Source: an uncultured delta proteobacterium
GTDB lineage: Bacteria; Desulfobacterota; Desulfobacteria; Desulfobacterales; CAVQMW01
DNA: 64,000 nucleotides
Assembly: GCA_963713755.1 (NCBI GenBank)
Contig: CAVQMW010000005.1
Coordinates: forward strand, 1,588,500 to 1,652,499
Reading direction: 5' to 3'
Positions 1 through 9,497 of the stretch are shown here, one piece after another (positions within the stretch are counted from its first letter, which is position 1; every line of letters begins with the position of its first letter). The notes beneath the pieces are model-generated. The model was not told the origin of the DNA, ran no database searches, and saw nothing but the letters and a program-made list of their open reading frames with translations. The translations under genes were made by a program, and so were the position numbers.

Positions 1-1
1 T

Positions 2-1129
2 TCGCGCAAGGCGGCGCGACATTTTGTGACCCTCCTGGGGCTTTTGGGGATCGGGTTTGAGGAGCTGGGGGACAAAGAGGCCACACTGCCCAAGGCCCTA
101 GCCCCGGACCCGGAGCACCGGCCCGCCTGGCTCGATCTGCTGCTGGGCTACTGCCGGGAGGAGGGGCTTTCCGTCCCCGAGTCGGCGGATGCCGCCGGCT
201 TAATCGAAACCGCCCTGGCCAAGGGGTTTGTGGCGGGCAATTGCCTGCTGATCACCACCGATGTTGTGGACAAGCGGCGCACCTTATACAAATCCCTGGA
301 CGCTGCCGGACTCATTGTGGATTGCAGCGTGCCCAGCGGCGAGCGAATGGCCGACCGCAAGCTCCAACAGGCGGTGATGCGCCAGCAGATGCGCCTGACC
401 CTGGGAAAAAGCGGCAAGACCCTGACGCCGGGCACCTTTCAACTGCTCCAGGAGATGACCGGCTTTGAGCTGCGCACCTTTACCCAGGCCCTGGAAAAAT
501 TGATCGCCTATGCAGGGTCCCGGGATTCCATCACCCCCGCCGATGTGCGGCAGGTGCTGATCCGCACCAAAAAAGACCCCATTTTTGAATTTACCAACGC
601 CGTCAGTGAAAAGGATCTTGGCCAAGCCATGTTCTTTCTCGATTCCCTATTGGCGTCGGAATTTCACCCCCTGCAGCTTTTGGCGGCCCTGGCCAATCAA
701 TTGCGGCGCTTGCTGGTGATGAAGGATTTTGCCCAGAGCCAATGGGGGCAGGGGGTCTCTCCGCAACTCAGCTTTGCCCAGTTCAAAGCTGCCGCCCTGC
801 CGGCCATGGCGGCCTTTGACGACCACCACCAGGCTCTCAGCGACCAATTCGCCAAGGAGCTTGCGCAACCGGCTGAGGATGATGCCCAAAAGCCGCGCAA
901 ACGGTCTGCGCCCAAACCCAAGGCCCCGCCCGCTGAGTTGCGTCTGGCGGCCCGGCCGGCCAGTGCCTATCCTCTCTATCTGACCTTTAAAAAGCAGGCG
1001 CGCTTTACGGCCGGCGAGCTGTGTGCCGGGATGCTCGCCCTGAGCGAAACCGACCTGCTGTTGAAAACCGGCAATCGGCAACCCCGCTTGGTCATGGAGC
1101 GCCTGCTGATGAAGATCTGCCTGCAATGA
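2..1129 (+). CDS. holA: DNA polymerase III delta subunit (5'-partial, runs off window start)
   Basis: VDKRRTLYK, LEKLIAY, DPIFEFTNAV, HPLQLLAALANQLRRLL and TDLLLKTG...LVMERLL are HolA clamp-loader motifs; the frame is open from base 2. Confidence 0.85.
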   Translation, partial: SRKAARHFVTLLGLLGIGFEELGDKEATLPKALAPDPEHRPAWLDLLLGYCREEGLSVPESADAAGLIETALAKGFVAGNCLLITTDVVDKRRTLYKSLDAAGLIVDCSVPSGERMADRKLQQAVMRQQMRLTLGKSGKTLTPGTFQLLQEMTGFELRTFTQALEKLIAYAGSRDSITPADVRQVLIRTKKDPIFEFTNAVSEKDLGQAMFFLDSLLASEFHPLQLLAALANQLRRLLVMKDFAQSQWGQGVSPQLSFAQFKAAALPAMAAFDDHHQALSDQFAKELAQPAEDDAQKPRKRSAPKPKAPPAELRLAARPASAYPLYLTFKKQARFTAGELCAGMLALSETDLLLKTGNRQPRLVMERLLMKICLQ

Positions 1130-1216
1130 CCTTTGAACCCCAGAAATCTTGAACCCTTGAACACCCTTTCGGGTTGATGGTTGAATTCAAGGATCTCTGG
1201 GGCGGAAGGAGGAACC

Positions 1217-2623
1217 ATGCCGCGAACCAAAATTGTGGCCACCATCGGCCCGGCCAGCGCCGGCGAAGCGACCCTCCGGCGCCTGATCCAAAATGGAATG
1301 CGGGTGGCCCGGCTTAACTTCTCCCACGGCACCCATAAAGACCATGGCCGCTTATTTCGGCGAATCCGCAAGCTCTCGGCGGAGCTTGATCAGCCGGTGG
1401 CCATTCTCCAGGATTTGTGCGGCCCCAAAATCCGAGTGGGGCGGATTGAGGAGCCCGGGGTGCGCCTGGAGGCCGGTCAACGCCTGGTCCTAACCAACCG
1501 CGAGGTGCTGGGTTCGGCGGAGGCCATCAGCGTCAACTATCCGGAATTGCCCCGGGAGGTGACCCCCGGGGATCGATTGATGCTGGCCGACGGTATGCTG
1601 GAACTGGTGGTGGTGGCGACCGGTGAAAGCGATATCATCTGCAATGTGATCATCGGGGGGTTGCTCACCTCCCACAAAGGGATCAATCTGCCCACCGGGA
1701 CCCTGAACACCGAGCCCCTGACACCCAAGGATATCGAGGACCTTGCCTTCGGACTGAAGCTGGGCGTGGACTATGTGGCCCTCTCCTTTGTGCGCGCCGC
1801 GGCGGACATCGAGAGGATCAAGGCCTTGATCGCCGACCAGGGAGCGGACACCCCGGTGATCGCCAAAATCGAGAAGCACGAGGCCCTGGGCAATATTGAA
1901 TCGATTCTGGCGGTCGCCGACGGCATCATGGTGGCCCGGGGCGATCTGGGGGTGGAGATTCCCCTGGCCGCCATAACCGGGATACAGAAAGATCTCATCC
2001 GCCAGGCCAACCGCCGGGGCAAGCCGGTGATCATCGCAACCCAGATGCTGCGCAGCATGGTGGATGCGCCCCGCCCCACCCGGGCGGAAGCCACGGATGT
2101 GGCCAATGCGGTGCTGGACGGCGCCGATGCCCTGATGCTTTCCGAAGAGACCGCCTCCGGCAATTTTCCTGTGGAAGCCGTGAAGTTCATGACCGACATC
2201 ATCCGGGCTGCGGAAGAAAGCTACCCCCACGGCCGCCACATGAAGGACCGGCCCGGCAAGGAGGTTCCCGATTCCGTGGCCTATGTCTCCTGCCTATTGG
2301 CCGACCACCTGGAGGCCGCGGCCATCGTGGCCCCCACTTACTCGGGGTTTACCGCCCGACTCATCGCCCACTTTCGGCCCCGGGCGCCCATTGTGGCCCT
2401 CTCTCCCAATGGGGTCGTGGTGCGCCGGCTGACCCTGTTTTGGGGTGTGCTGCCCTTTCGATTCGACCGCGCCCAGGATACCGACGAGATGATCGCCCAG
2501 GCCGCCCAAAAGGTGGTGGCTCTGGGTCTGGCCGCCGCCGGTGATCGGGTGGTGATCACCGCGGGGCATCCGGTGTGGGAGCAGGGAACCACAAAGATGC
2601 TGAGGGTGAAAACCTTGAAATAA
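1217..2623 (+). CDS. pyk: pyruvate kinase
   Basis: RTKIVATIGP, RLNFSHG, IAKIEK, MVARGDLGVE, ATQMLRSM, PTRAEATDVANA; GGAGG RBS before ATG 1217. Confidence 0.97.
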   Translation: MPRTKIVATIGPASAGEATLRRLIQNGMRVARLNFSHGTHKDHGRLFRRIRKLSAELDQPVAILQDLCGPKIRVGRIEEPGVRLEAGQRLVLTNREVLGSAEAISVNYPELPREVTPGDRLMLADGMLELVVVATGESDIICNVIIGGLLTSHKGINLPTGTLNTEPLTPKDIEDLAFGLKLGVDYVALSFVRAAADIERIKALIADQGADTPVIAKIEKHEALGNIESILAVADGIMVARGDLGVEIPLAAITGIQKDLIRQANRRGKPVIIATQMLRSMVDAPRPTRAEATDVANAVLDGADALMLSEETASGNFPVEAVKFMTDIIRAAEESYPHGRHMKDRPGKEVPDSVAYVSCLLADHLEAAAIVAPTYSGFTARLIAHFRPRAPIVALSPNGVVVRRLTLFWGVLPFRFDRAQDTDEMIAQAAQKVVALGLAAAGDRVVITAGHPVWEQGTTKMLRVKTLK

Positions 2624-2676
2624 AAAGTCCGGGAGCCAGAAGACGGGTTTCCGAGAATGAAAGAGACGCAACGACC

Positions 2677-2886
2677 ATGGGCTTCATTCGCAACCAGGAA
2701 ATTCGCCTGGCGGCCGGGCTGTTGGCCCGCCAATACCAGAATCAAGGGCTACCGGTTCCCGTGGAGAGTGAGCTGAAGCGGCAGGCCGCGGTGGTGGTGG
2801 ATCAGGCCCACGCCATCGCCAAAGCCAGGGGACGCAACCTACTGGAAATATTAAAAGAACTGATTGCCGATATTCGCCGCCGCTGA
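2677..2886 (+). CDS. small hypothetical protein (69 aa)
   Basis: ATG at 2677; helical-looking ORF filling the pyk-livK gap. Confidence 0.6.
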   Translation: MGFIRNQEIRLAAGLLARQYQNQGLPVPVESELKRQAAVVVDQAHAIAKARGRNLLEILKELIADIRRR

Positions 2887-3031
2887 GCCTTTGGCCCCGG
2901 AAGATCCCCTCATTCCGTTTCGCGATGATGAATTGAAAAACCGCCAGGGGTATGGTAGAAGATCAAGTTTATCGGGAAGTGAATTTAGGCCCCCCAACCC
3001 ATTTAGTTTCCTATCAAAGGAGGAGTGCACA

Positions 3032-4198
3032 ATGAGAAAAGGATTATTTGTACTGGTTGCCGCCCTTGTTTTTTCCCTGATGATTGCGCCGGGTGTTTGG
3101 TCCGCGGATAAGGAGATCCGAATCGGATTCAATATCCCCCTGACCGGTGACAACCCCGATGTGGGCGCATCGTCCAAAAACGCCGCCGAGATGTATATGA
3201 AGAAAACCCCCTCCATCGAGGTGGGCGGCGAAACCTACGCCCTCAAGTTCGTTTACGAGGATAACGAATACAAGGCCGAATCCGCGGTCAAGGTCAACAC
3301 CAAGCTGATCACCGAAGAAGAAGTCCTGGGAATTGTCGGCCCCCAGTCCTCCAGCCAGGCCGTGCCGGCGGGCGAGGTGGCCAACAACTACGAAACCCCC
3401 ATGATCAGCCCCTGGTCCACCAACCCCAACACCACCCTGGACCGCCCCTTTGTCTTCAGGGGCTGCTTCCTCGATCCCTTCCAAGGCCCGGTGGCTGCCA
3501 ATTTCGCCACGGATGAACTGGGGGCCAAAAAGGCCGCCGTAATTTATGATATCGCCGCTGACTACCCCAAAGGTCTGGCGGAATTTTTCAAGAAGGCTTT
3601 TGAAGAGATCCACGGCGAGGGTTCCGTGGTGGCTTTTGAAACCTTTACCACCGGTGACAAGGACTTTTCGGCCCAGATGACCAACGTCGTCGCCTCCGAG
3701 GCCGATGTGCTTTTTGTGCCCCAGTACTACTCGGAAGTGCCGCTGATTATCCGCGCCGCCAAGGAGATGGGCTGGCAGAAAGCAATCCTGGGAGCCGATG
3801 CCTGGGCCGGCGGGGATTTGATGTCGCTTTGCGGGGACGACTGCAAGGGCTACTTTTTCTCCTCTCACTATGCCGCCGAAGGCGCCACGGGTGCGACCAA
3901 GGCTTTTATCGACGAATATGCCGCCGAGTTCGGCAAAACCCCCGATGACGTGGCCGCTCTGACCTGGGACTCCCTGGGGCTGATGATCCAGGCCATTCAG
4001 GACACAGGCGGGCTTTCCGGTGACATCAAGGCCGACCGGGTCAAGGTCAAGGATGCCATGGCCGCGGTGAAAGACTATCCCGGAATCACCGGCGCCATGA
4101 CCTTCAACCCCGATGGCGACCCGCAAAAGTGCGCCGTGGTGGTGAAGATTAGCGACGAGGGCAAGTTCACCTTTCACAAATCGGTATGCCCTAAATAG
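3032..4198 (+). CDS. livK: branched-chain amino acid ABC transporter substrate-binding protein
   Basis: Signal peptide, IGFNIPLTG, PMISPWSTNP, DFSAQ, GITGAMTF; AGGAG RBS; first gene of the liv-type operon. Confidence 0.9.
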   Translation: MRKGLFVLVAALVFSLMIAPGVWSADKEIRIGFNIPLTGDNPDVGASSKNAAEMYMKKTPSIEVGGETYALKFVYEDNEYKAESAVKVNTKLITEEEVLGIVGPQSSSQAVPAGEVANNYETPMISPWSTNPNTTLDRPFVFRGCFLDPFQGPVAANFATDELGAKKAAVIYDIAADYPKGLAEFFKKAFEEIHGEGSVVAFETFTTGDKDFSAQMTNVVASEADVLFVPQYYSEVPLIIRAAKEMGWQKAILGADAWAGGDLMSLCGDDCKGYFFSSHYAAEGATGATKAFIDEYAAEFGKTPDDVAALTWDSLGLMIQAIQDTGGLSGDIKADRVKVKDAMAAVKDYPGITGAMTFNPDGDPQKCAVVVKISDEGKFTFHKSVCPK

Positions 4199-4341
4199 TG
4201 CCCGAACGAAAAGGGTAGATTTTGGTTCCAGGCAAGGCCGCAGCATTTTTCCCACCGCAGGTGTAGCGCAGCTACTTTGAGGATTGGAAAAATGCGAGAA
4301 CGCAGCATGGGGCCGAAAGATGCTCTTTTCGGTCAGGTGCT
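4197..4341. mobile_element. MITE-like palindromic element at the livK stop codon
   Basis: Imperfect terminal IRs agtgcccgaacgaaaag / cttttcggtcaggtgct; ctaaatag occurs at both 4191-4198 and 4340-4347. Confidence 0.55.
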
Positions 4342-4379
4342 AAATAGGCGTCGCACTGATCCGTGATGCTTCCCGGCCG

Positions 4380-4407
4380 GTAGGGGCGGGTTTCAAACCG
4401 CCCCTAC
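4380..4407. repeat. GTAG-type REP palindrome
   Basis: gtaggggcgg-gtttcaaa-ccgcccctac hairpin starting with GTAG. Confidence 0.6.
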
Positions 4408-4674
4408 TCAAACGGGAAAAAGCAATCCCAGCAGCTGCGATTTGCAGGAGTTCGGCGCGCCTCGCCGGCCGAATGTCAGGTCGCACGAAGAGTGGCCATT
4501 GACGGCCTCCGGTGCGGTGGGCATCGATCCTGCCCCAATCACGAAAAGCGGTTGGCGCCCATGGGCGCGTTGCGTTTCAAGCCGGGCAGCGGGTTCGCCA
4601 CCAGATCGACTTACCCTCCAGGGCCCCTGATCATGATCATGGGCCTTGGATCTTTTTTATCAGGAGTATGCTGA

Positions 4675-5640
4675 ATGTCCTTCCAATTTCTAATGCAGAA
4701 TCTGGTCAATGCGCTCCAGTGGGGGAGTTTCTACGCACTTATCGCCCTGGGCTACTCCATGGTCTACAGCATCCTGATGCTATTTAACTTCGCCCACGGC
4801 GATATTTTCATGGTGGGCGCCTATATTGGGCTTTTTGTGGCCACGGGCCTGCTGGCGCTCTTCGGCACCGGAGCCGCGGCCATTTTACCCGGCTGGATGG
4901 TGTTGGTGCTGACCATCCTGGCGGCTATGTTCCTCACCGCTTTGGTGGGGGTCACCGTGGAGCGGGTGGGCTACCGCCCCCTGCGGGAAGCACCCAGGGC
5001 CTCGGCCGCCATTACCGGCCTGATGATCGGCATCATTCTGGAAACCTCCAACATCATCTTCCTGGGCGGCCAACGGCTGAAATTCCCCTCTCTGGTCCAG
5101 TCCGAGACTTACAATGTCGGCGGGGTTTTCATTACCAATATCAAGGTGATGATCGTGCTGGTCTCCCTGGGGCTGATGTTCGCCCTGCACCAATTCGTGA
5201 CCCGCACCAAATGGGGCATGGCCATGCGGGCCATGGCCTATGACTATGCGGTGGTTCCCCTGGTGGGGGTGCCGCTGAACACCATCGCCTCCATGACCTT
5301 TGCCATCGGTTCGGCACTGGCCGCGGCGGCCGGGATTCTCTTCGGCCTGGCCTATCCGGTGCTCGATCCCTACATGGGGGTCAGCCTGGGCTGGAAGGCT
5401 TTTGTGGCGGCCATCCTCGGGGGGCGGGGCTCCATCATGGGCGCCTGTATTGCCGGCTTCATGCTTGGCTTCATCGAGATCATGACCGTGCCGGCCATTC
5501 AAATCATCAACCGGCTGTTTTCATTGAATATCGGTTCTAACCTGCGGGACCTTATCGCTTACTCCATTGTCCTGGCAATATTGATATTCCGGCCCCACGG
5601 GCTATTTGGCGAGGCCTACAGCGCCAAACTGCGGCTCTGA
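4675..5640 (+). CDS. livH: branched-chain amino acid ABC transporter permease
   Basis: YALIALGYSMVYSIL, FNFAHGDIFM, KAFVAAILGG; multiple TM segments. Confidence 0.93.
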   Translation: MSFQFLMQNLVNALQWGSFYALIALGYSMVYSILMLFNFAHGDIFMVGAYIGLFVATGLLALFGTGAAAILPGWMVLVLTILAAMFLTALVGVTVERVGYRPLREAPRASAAITGLMIGIILETSNIIFLGGQRLKFPSLVQSETYNVGGVFITNIKVMIVLVSLGLMFALHQFVTRTKWGMAMRAMAYDYAVVPLVGVPLNTIASMTFAIGSALAAAAGILFGLAYPVLDPYMGVSLGWKAFVAAILGGRGSIMGACIAGFMLGFIEIMTVPAIQIINRLFSLNIGSNLRDLIAYSIVLAILIFRPHGLFGEAYSAKLRL

Positions 5641-5723
5641 GCCAGGTTCAACACCGGGGTTGCTTCTAAAGACTACGGTTCACGCTCGTTCATCCGACCT
5701 CCATCACAACAGGACTCTGCTCA

Positions 5724-7100
5724 ATGGCTTCCTCTTCATCTACTGCTGCCGCGCAAGGAAACTTTCTGGCGCGCTTCGTGGCGCCCATACCCCTTTTGGG
5801 GTTTCTGTTGGGCTTTTTAGTCTGCGTCTTACTGGAAACCGTGGCCGGGGAACCTCTGGCGGATATGCTGGGGCTGCCCAAGATGCCGGTACTTTTCGGC
5901 CTTCTGACCATTTTTAAAGTGATTGCCGGGGTGGTCGACCTGGTGCTCAAGGGCGCCGATTTTGAGCCGGCCACGCTGTTTCATATTCCCAGCTCCCTGT
6001 TCTATTTCAGTTTGATCTACCTGCTGCCGCTGCTGATTACCATCCGCGCCAGCGCGGGGCTGGCCAACCGGCTGGCCGACGGGTTGCAACGCACCTCATT
6101 GCTGCTCTCAGCGGTAATCCATCTGGGGCTGTTGTACGCCATCTTTCATATTTGGGGGGAGATGAGCGATTACCGGCTGATCACCCTGAAATTGATGCTC
6201 ATAGCCGTGCTGTTCACCCTCAGCCTGAATATCATCAACGGTTACATGGGGGAGTTTTCCTGCTCCCATCCCGGATTCATGGCCATCGGCGCCTATATGT
6301 CCTCGGTCTTTTCCGTGGGCCTCTTTGTGGACGACAAGGTGCTGGGAGCGGCCAAATTCACCTTTGACCTGGCCTACCTCAGCTTTCCCTTGGCGCTGAT
6401 CTTCGGCGGGGTCATGGCGGCCCTGGGGGCGCTCATCGTGGCCATTCCCTCATTTAAGACCCGGGGGGATTATCTGGCCATCATCAGTCTGGCCTTCCTC
6501 TTTATCATCAAGAGCTTCTTTGAGAACATGCAGGGATTGGGCGGTGCCCGGGGAATCTCCGGGCAGCCCGATTGGGCCACTCTGCCGGTGATCTTCATTG
6601 TGGTGGTGGTGGGCGTGTGGGCCATCAACAATTTTGTCACCTCCACCCTGGGCAAGGCTTTGAATGCGGTGCGGGACGACGAGGGCGCCGCCGAAGCCAT
6701 GACCGTCAACACCCGCCGCACCAAGATGGTGGCCTTTATGTTCGGGGCCTTTTGGGCCGGCATGGCCGGGGGGCTTCTGGCCCATGTGCTGCGCTATGTT
6801 AATCCGGCCATGTTTGGCATCCAGAAGCTGGCCGAGGTGCTGGCCATGGTCTATTTTGGCGGCCTCAACTCGGTGGTGGGCTCCATCGTGGGGGCGGTCT
6901 CCATCAGCCTGCTGGGTGAAGCCTTGCGGCCTCTGGAGATTTTCAAGTGGATCGTCATTCCTCTGCTGCTGATTCTGGTGATGATCTACCGGCCTACGGG
7001 GCTGATCGCCTTTCGGGAGTTCAATATCCGTAAAATTCTGCAACCCAAAAGTGGAACCGGAACCGTGAACCCCCAACCCATCAACGAGGAGGAGGTGTAG
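5724..7100 (+). CDS. livM: branched-chain amino acid ABC transporter permease with N-terminal TM extension
   Basis: SLNIINGYMGEFS, RGDYLAI, AVRDDEGAAEAM, GGLNSVVG. Confidence 0.9.
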   Translation: MASSSSTAAAQGNFLARFVAPIPLLGFLLGFLVCVLLETVAGEPLADMLGLPKMPVLFGLLTIFKVIAGVVDLVLKGADFEPATLFHIPSSLFYFSLIYLLPLLITIRASAGLANRLADGLQRTSLLLSAVIHLGLLYAIFHIWGEMSDYRLITLKLMLIAVLFTLSLNIINGYMGEFSCSHPGFMAIGAYMSSVFSVGLFVDDKVLGAAKFTFDLAYLSFPLALIFGGVMAALGALIVAIPSFKTRGDYLAIISLAFLFIIKSFFENMQGLGGARGISGQPDWATLPVIFIVVVVGVWAINNFVTSTLGKALNAVRDDEGAAEAMTVNTRRTKMVAFMFGAFWAGMAGGLLAHVLRYVNPAMFGIQKLAEVLAMVYFGGLNSVVGSIVGAVSISLLGEALRPLEIFKWIVIPLLLILVMIYRPTGLIAFREFNIRKILQPKSGTGTVNPQPINEEEV

Positions 7101-7101
7101 C

Positions 7102-7875
7102 ATGGCGCTATTGGAAGTCAGCCAGATGACCCACTTCTTCGGCGGGTTGCGGGCCGTGCACGATTTCAATCTGGCCGTGGAGCCGGGCCAGATTCGGGGT
7201 CTGATCGGACCCAACGGGGCCGGCAAGACCACCATCTTCAACCTGATCACCGGCATCTACCGGCCCAGCGAGGGCGAGATACGGTTCGAAGATCAATCCC
7301 TGCTGGGGCTTCCCCCCCATCAAATCGCCTCCCAGGGCATTGGCCGCACCTTTCAGGATTTACGGCTTTGGCGCCATATGAGCGTGCTGGATCATATTAA
7401 AATGGCCCGCTACGCCAAGCTCGACTACGGCCTGTGGGGGGCGTTTCTCGATACGGCTCGCCGGAGACGTTCCGAGGCGGCCAGTGAAAAAAAGGCCCTG
7501 GAACTGCTTGAGCTGTTGAATGTGCACCACCTGGCCGACCAACTGGTGGTCAACCTGCCCTATGGGATGCAGCGCCGGGTGGAGATGGCCCGGGCCCTGG
7601 CCGTGGAGCCCAAGTTGCTCTTTCTGGACGAGCCCACCGTGGGCATGACCTCGGAGGAGCTGACCCAGATCATGGAGATCATCCGCAATATTCACAGCCA
7701 CCTGGGATTGACCATCTTTCTCATCGAGCATCGGCTTAAATTCGTCATGGAACTGTGTGAGCAGATTCAATGCCTGGTCTTCGGCGAGGTGATCGCTGAG
7801 GGCACTCCCGCGGAAATTCAGAACAATCCCCAGGTGATCGAGGCCTATCTGGGGAAGGATACGGTGGAAACCTAA
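7102..7875 (+). CDS. livG: branched-chain amino acid ABC transporter ATPase
   Basis: GPNGAGKTT, LPYGMQRRVE, LFLDEP, VIEAYLG. Confidence 0.95.
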   Translation: MALLEVSQMTHFFGGLRAVHDFNLAVEPGQIRGLIGPNGAGKTTIFNLITGIYRPSEGEIRFEDQSLLGLPPHQIASQGIGRTFQDLRLWRHMSVLDHIKMARYAKLDYGLWGAFLDTARRRRSEAASEKKALELLELLNVHHLADQLVVNLPYGMQRRVEMARALAVEPKLLFLDEPTVGMTSEELTQIMEIIRNIHSHLGLTIFLIEHRLKFVMELCEQIQCLVFGEVIAEGTPAEIQNNPQVIEAYLGKDTVET

Positions 7876-8585
7876 TGCTGACCATCGAAAACTTGAGCGT
7901 CAATTACGGAAAAATTCGCGCCCTGCACGGGGTCGACCTGAAGGTGGATGAAGGGGAGATCGTCACCATCATCGGGGCCAACGGGGCCGGTAAAAGCACG
8001 ACCCTGCGCGCCATTTCGCGCATGGTACCGGTGTATAAAGAAACCCGCATGACTTTCATGGGCAAGGATCTGACCCAATTTCCGGCGGATAAGGTGGTGA
8101 GCGTCCTGGGGATCAGCCATGTACCCGAGGGCCGGCGCCTGTTCGGCAATCTGACCGTCCTGGAAAACCTGCAGCTGGCCTGCTTTGCCCGCAAAGACCG
8201 GGACAGCATTCCCCGGGACCGGGAGCGGGTCTTTACCATCTTTCCCCGGCTCAAGGAACGCAAGAACCAAAAGGCCGGCACTCTGAGCGGCGGCGAACAG
8301 CAGATGCTGGCCATCGGCCGGGCCTTCATGAGCGGCCGCAAAGTGATGCTGCTGGACGAACCCTCCATGGGGCTGGCGCCGCTACTGATGATGAGCGTGT
8401 TCGACGCCTTAAAGGAGATCAACAAAGAGGGCACCACCATTCTTCTGGTGGAGCAGAATGCCCGCCTGGCCCTGAAGTTCGCCCAGCGGGGCTATGTGCT
8501 GGAGAGCGGCAGTTTGGTTTTAGAGGGCAACAGCGCGGATCTGCTGAACGATCCGGAAGTGAAAAAGGCCTATCTGGGCGGATAG
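7875..8585 (+). CDS. livF: branched-chain amino acid ABC transporter ATPase
   Basis: GANGAGKST, VPEGRR, LSGGEQQM, LLDEPSMGLAP. Confidence 0.95.
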   Translation: MLTIENLSVNYGKIRALHGVDLKVDEGEIVTIIGANGAGKSTTLRAISRMVPVYKETRMTFMGKDLTQFPADKVVSVLGISHVPEGRRLFGNLTVLENLQLACFARKDRDSIPRDRERVFTIFPRLKERKNQKAGTLSGGEQQMLAIGRAFMSGRKVMLLDEPSMGLAPLLMMSVFDALKEINKEGTTILLVEQNARLALKFAQRGYVLESGSLVLEGNSADLLNDPEVKKAYLGG

Positions 8586-8605
8586 GCTCAGGGGTCCTAA
8601 AAAAC

Positions 8606-8635
8606 TTGACATACCGCAAAATCCAATAGTATGAA
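8606..8635 (+). promoter_or_regulatory. sigma70 -35 (TTGACA) overlapped by a CATAC-N14-GTATG dyad, candidate NikR-type operator
   Basis: ttgaca at 8606-8611; gacatac 8608-8614 and gtatgaa 8629-8635; lies upstream of His-rich and FmdE genes. Confidence 0.45.
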
Positions 8636-8717
8636 CTTATCCAAAATGAGCGGCAGAAGCCGCTAGAGCATTTCCCCTACCGCGCCATATCAGCGGTATT
8701 CAGACAACGCGCAGATT

Positions 8718-8773
8718 AAAAGGCCACGAAGGTCCGTTTTCCCAGGCGGGGAAAAGACAACGTGGCCTTTTTT
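8718..8773 (+). terminator. intrinsic terminator inside a 5' leader (attenuator-like)
   Basis: AAAAGGCCACG (8718-8728) pairs with CGTGGCCTTTT (8761-8771), followed by a T-run; it lies downstream of the promoter and upstream of the CDSs. Confidence 0.6.
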
Positions 8774-8811
8774 GTGGCCAAAAATGACGATTAATTCACT
8801 AACGGCACAGC

Positions 8812-9195
8812 GCCGAGGGTATCGAGGGCTTTTCCCATATTGTGGTTCTCTACTGGCCCCATCTCATCGATCCGAAACGCCGCACGCTCCGCAAGGTGCA
8901 CCCCATGGGACGCAAGGATTTACCCCGGCAGGGGATTTTCGCCATCCGAAGTCCCGCACGGCCCAATCCCATTCTGGTTTCCGAGGTGGCGCTGCTTGAA
9001 CGCCGGGAGAATGTGCTTAGGATAAAGAGTCTGGAGGCGGTGGACGGCAGTCCGGTCATTGATATCAAACGTTACTCCGGCGTCTATCATGCTGACGGCC
9101 AACCTACCGTTCCACCCTGGATGCTCCAGATCCACAGAGATTTGGGGATCGATCCGGGCGATGCCCAATCCAACCCCATGACAGGAGAAAACCCC
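8812..9195 (+). pseudogene. 5'-truncated TrmO/TsaA-like SAM-dependent methyltransferase remnant, in frame with the His-rich ORF
   Basis: EGIEGFSHIVVLYW, GIFAIRSPARPNPI and LEAVDGSPVIDIK motifs; in-frame TAA at 8800 and no start codon before the first motif. Confidence 0.7.
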
Positions 9196-9450
9196 ATGGC
9201 AGACGACCACAAACACCAACACCATCACGAACATACCCACCAGCATGAGCATGCCCACAGCCACGAGGATATTACCCACACCCATCCCCACGAACACCGG
9301 CACAGCCACGGGCACGACCATGTTCACAGCCACCCCCCCACCCATGATGGCAAGGCCGATACCCACAACCATGACCACAGCGGCGACCACGGCCCCCACG
9401 ACCACGGCCATGAGGGCCACGAAAACAAGCCCCACACTCATGATCACTAA
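9196..9450 (+). CDS. histidine-rich putative metal-binding protein (84 aa, 33 His)
   Basis: AGGAG RBS before ATG 9196; alternating HxHxH pattern. Confidence 0.75.
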   Translation: MADDHKHQHHHEHTHQHEHAHSHEDITHTHPHEHRHSHGHDHVHSHPPTHDGKADTHNHDHSGDHGPHDHGHEGHENKPHTHDH

Positions 9451-9497
9451 CCGGCTGTTTTAACTTGCCGGATAGGGAAGGGAGGATCAAAGCGCCC

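Noticed and set aside
1130-1170. Short ttgaac repeats between holA and pyk
   Set aside because: Three 6-8-nt units are too short and irregular to assign a function.
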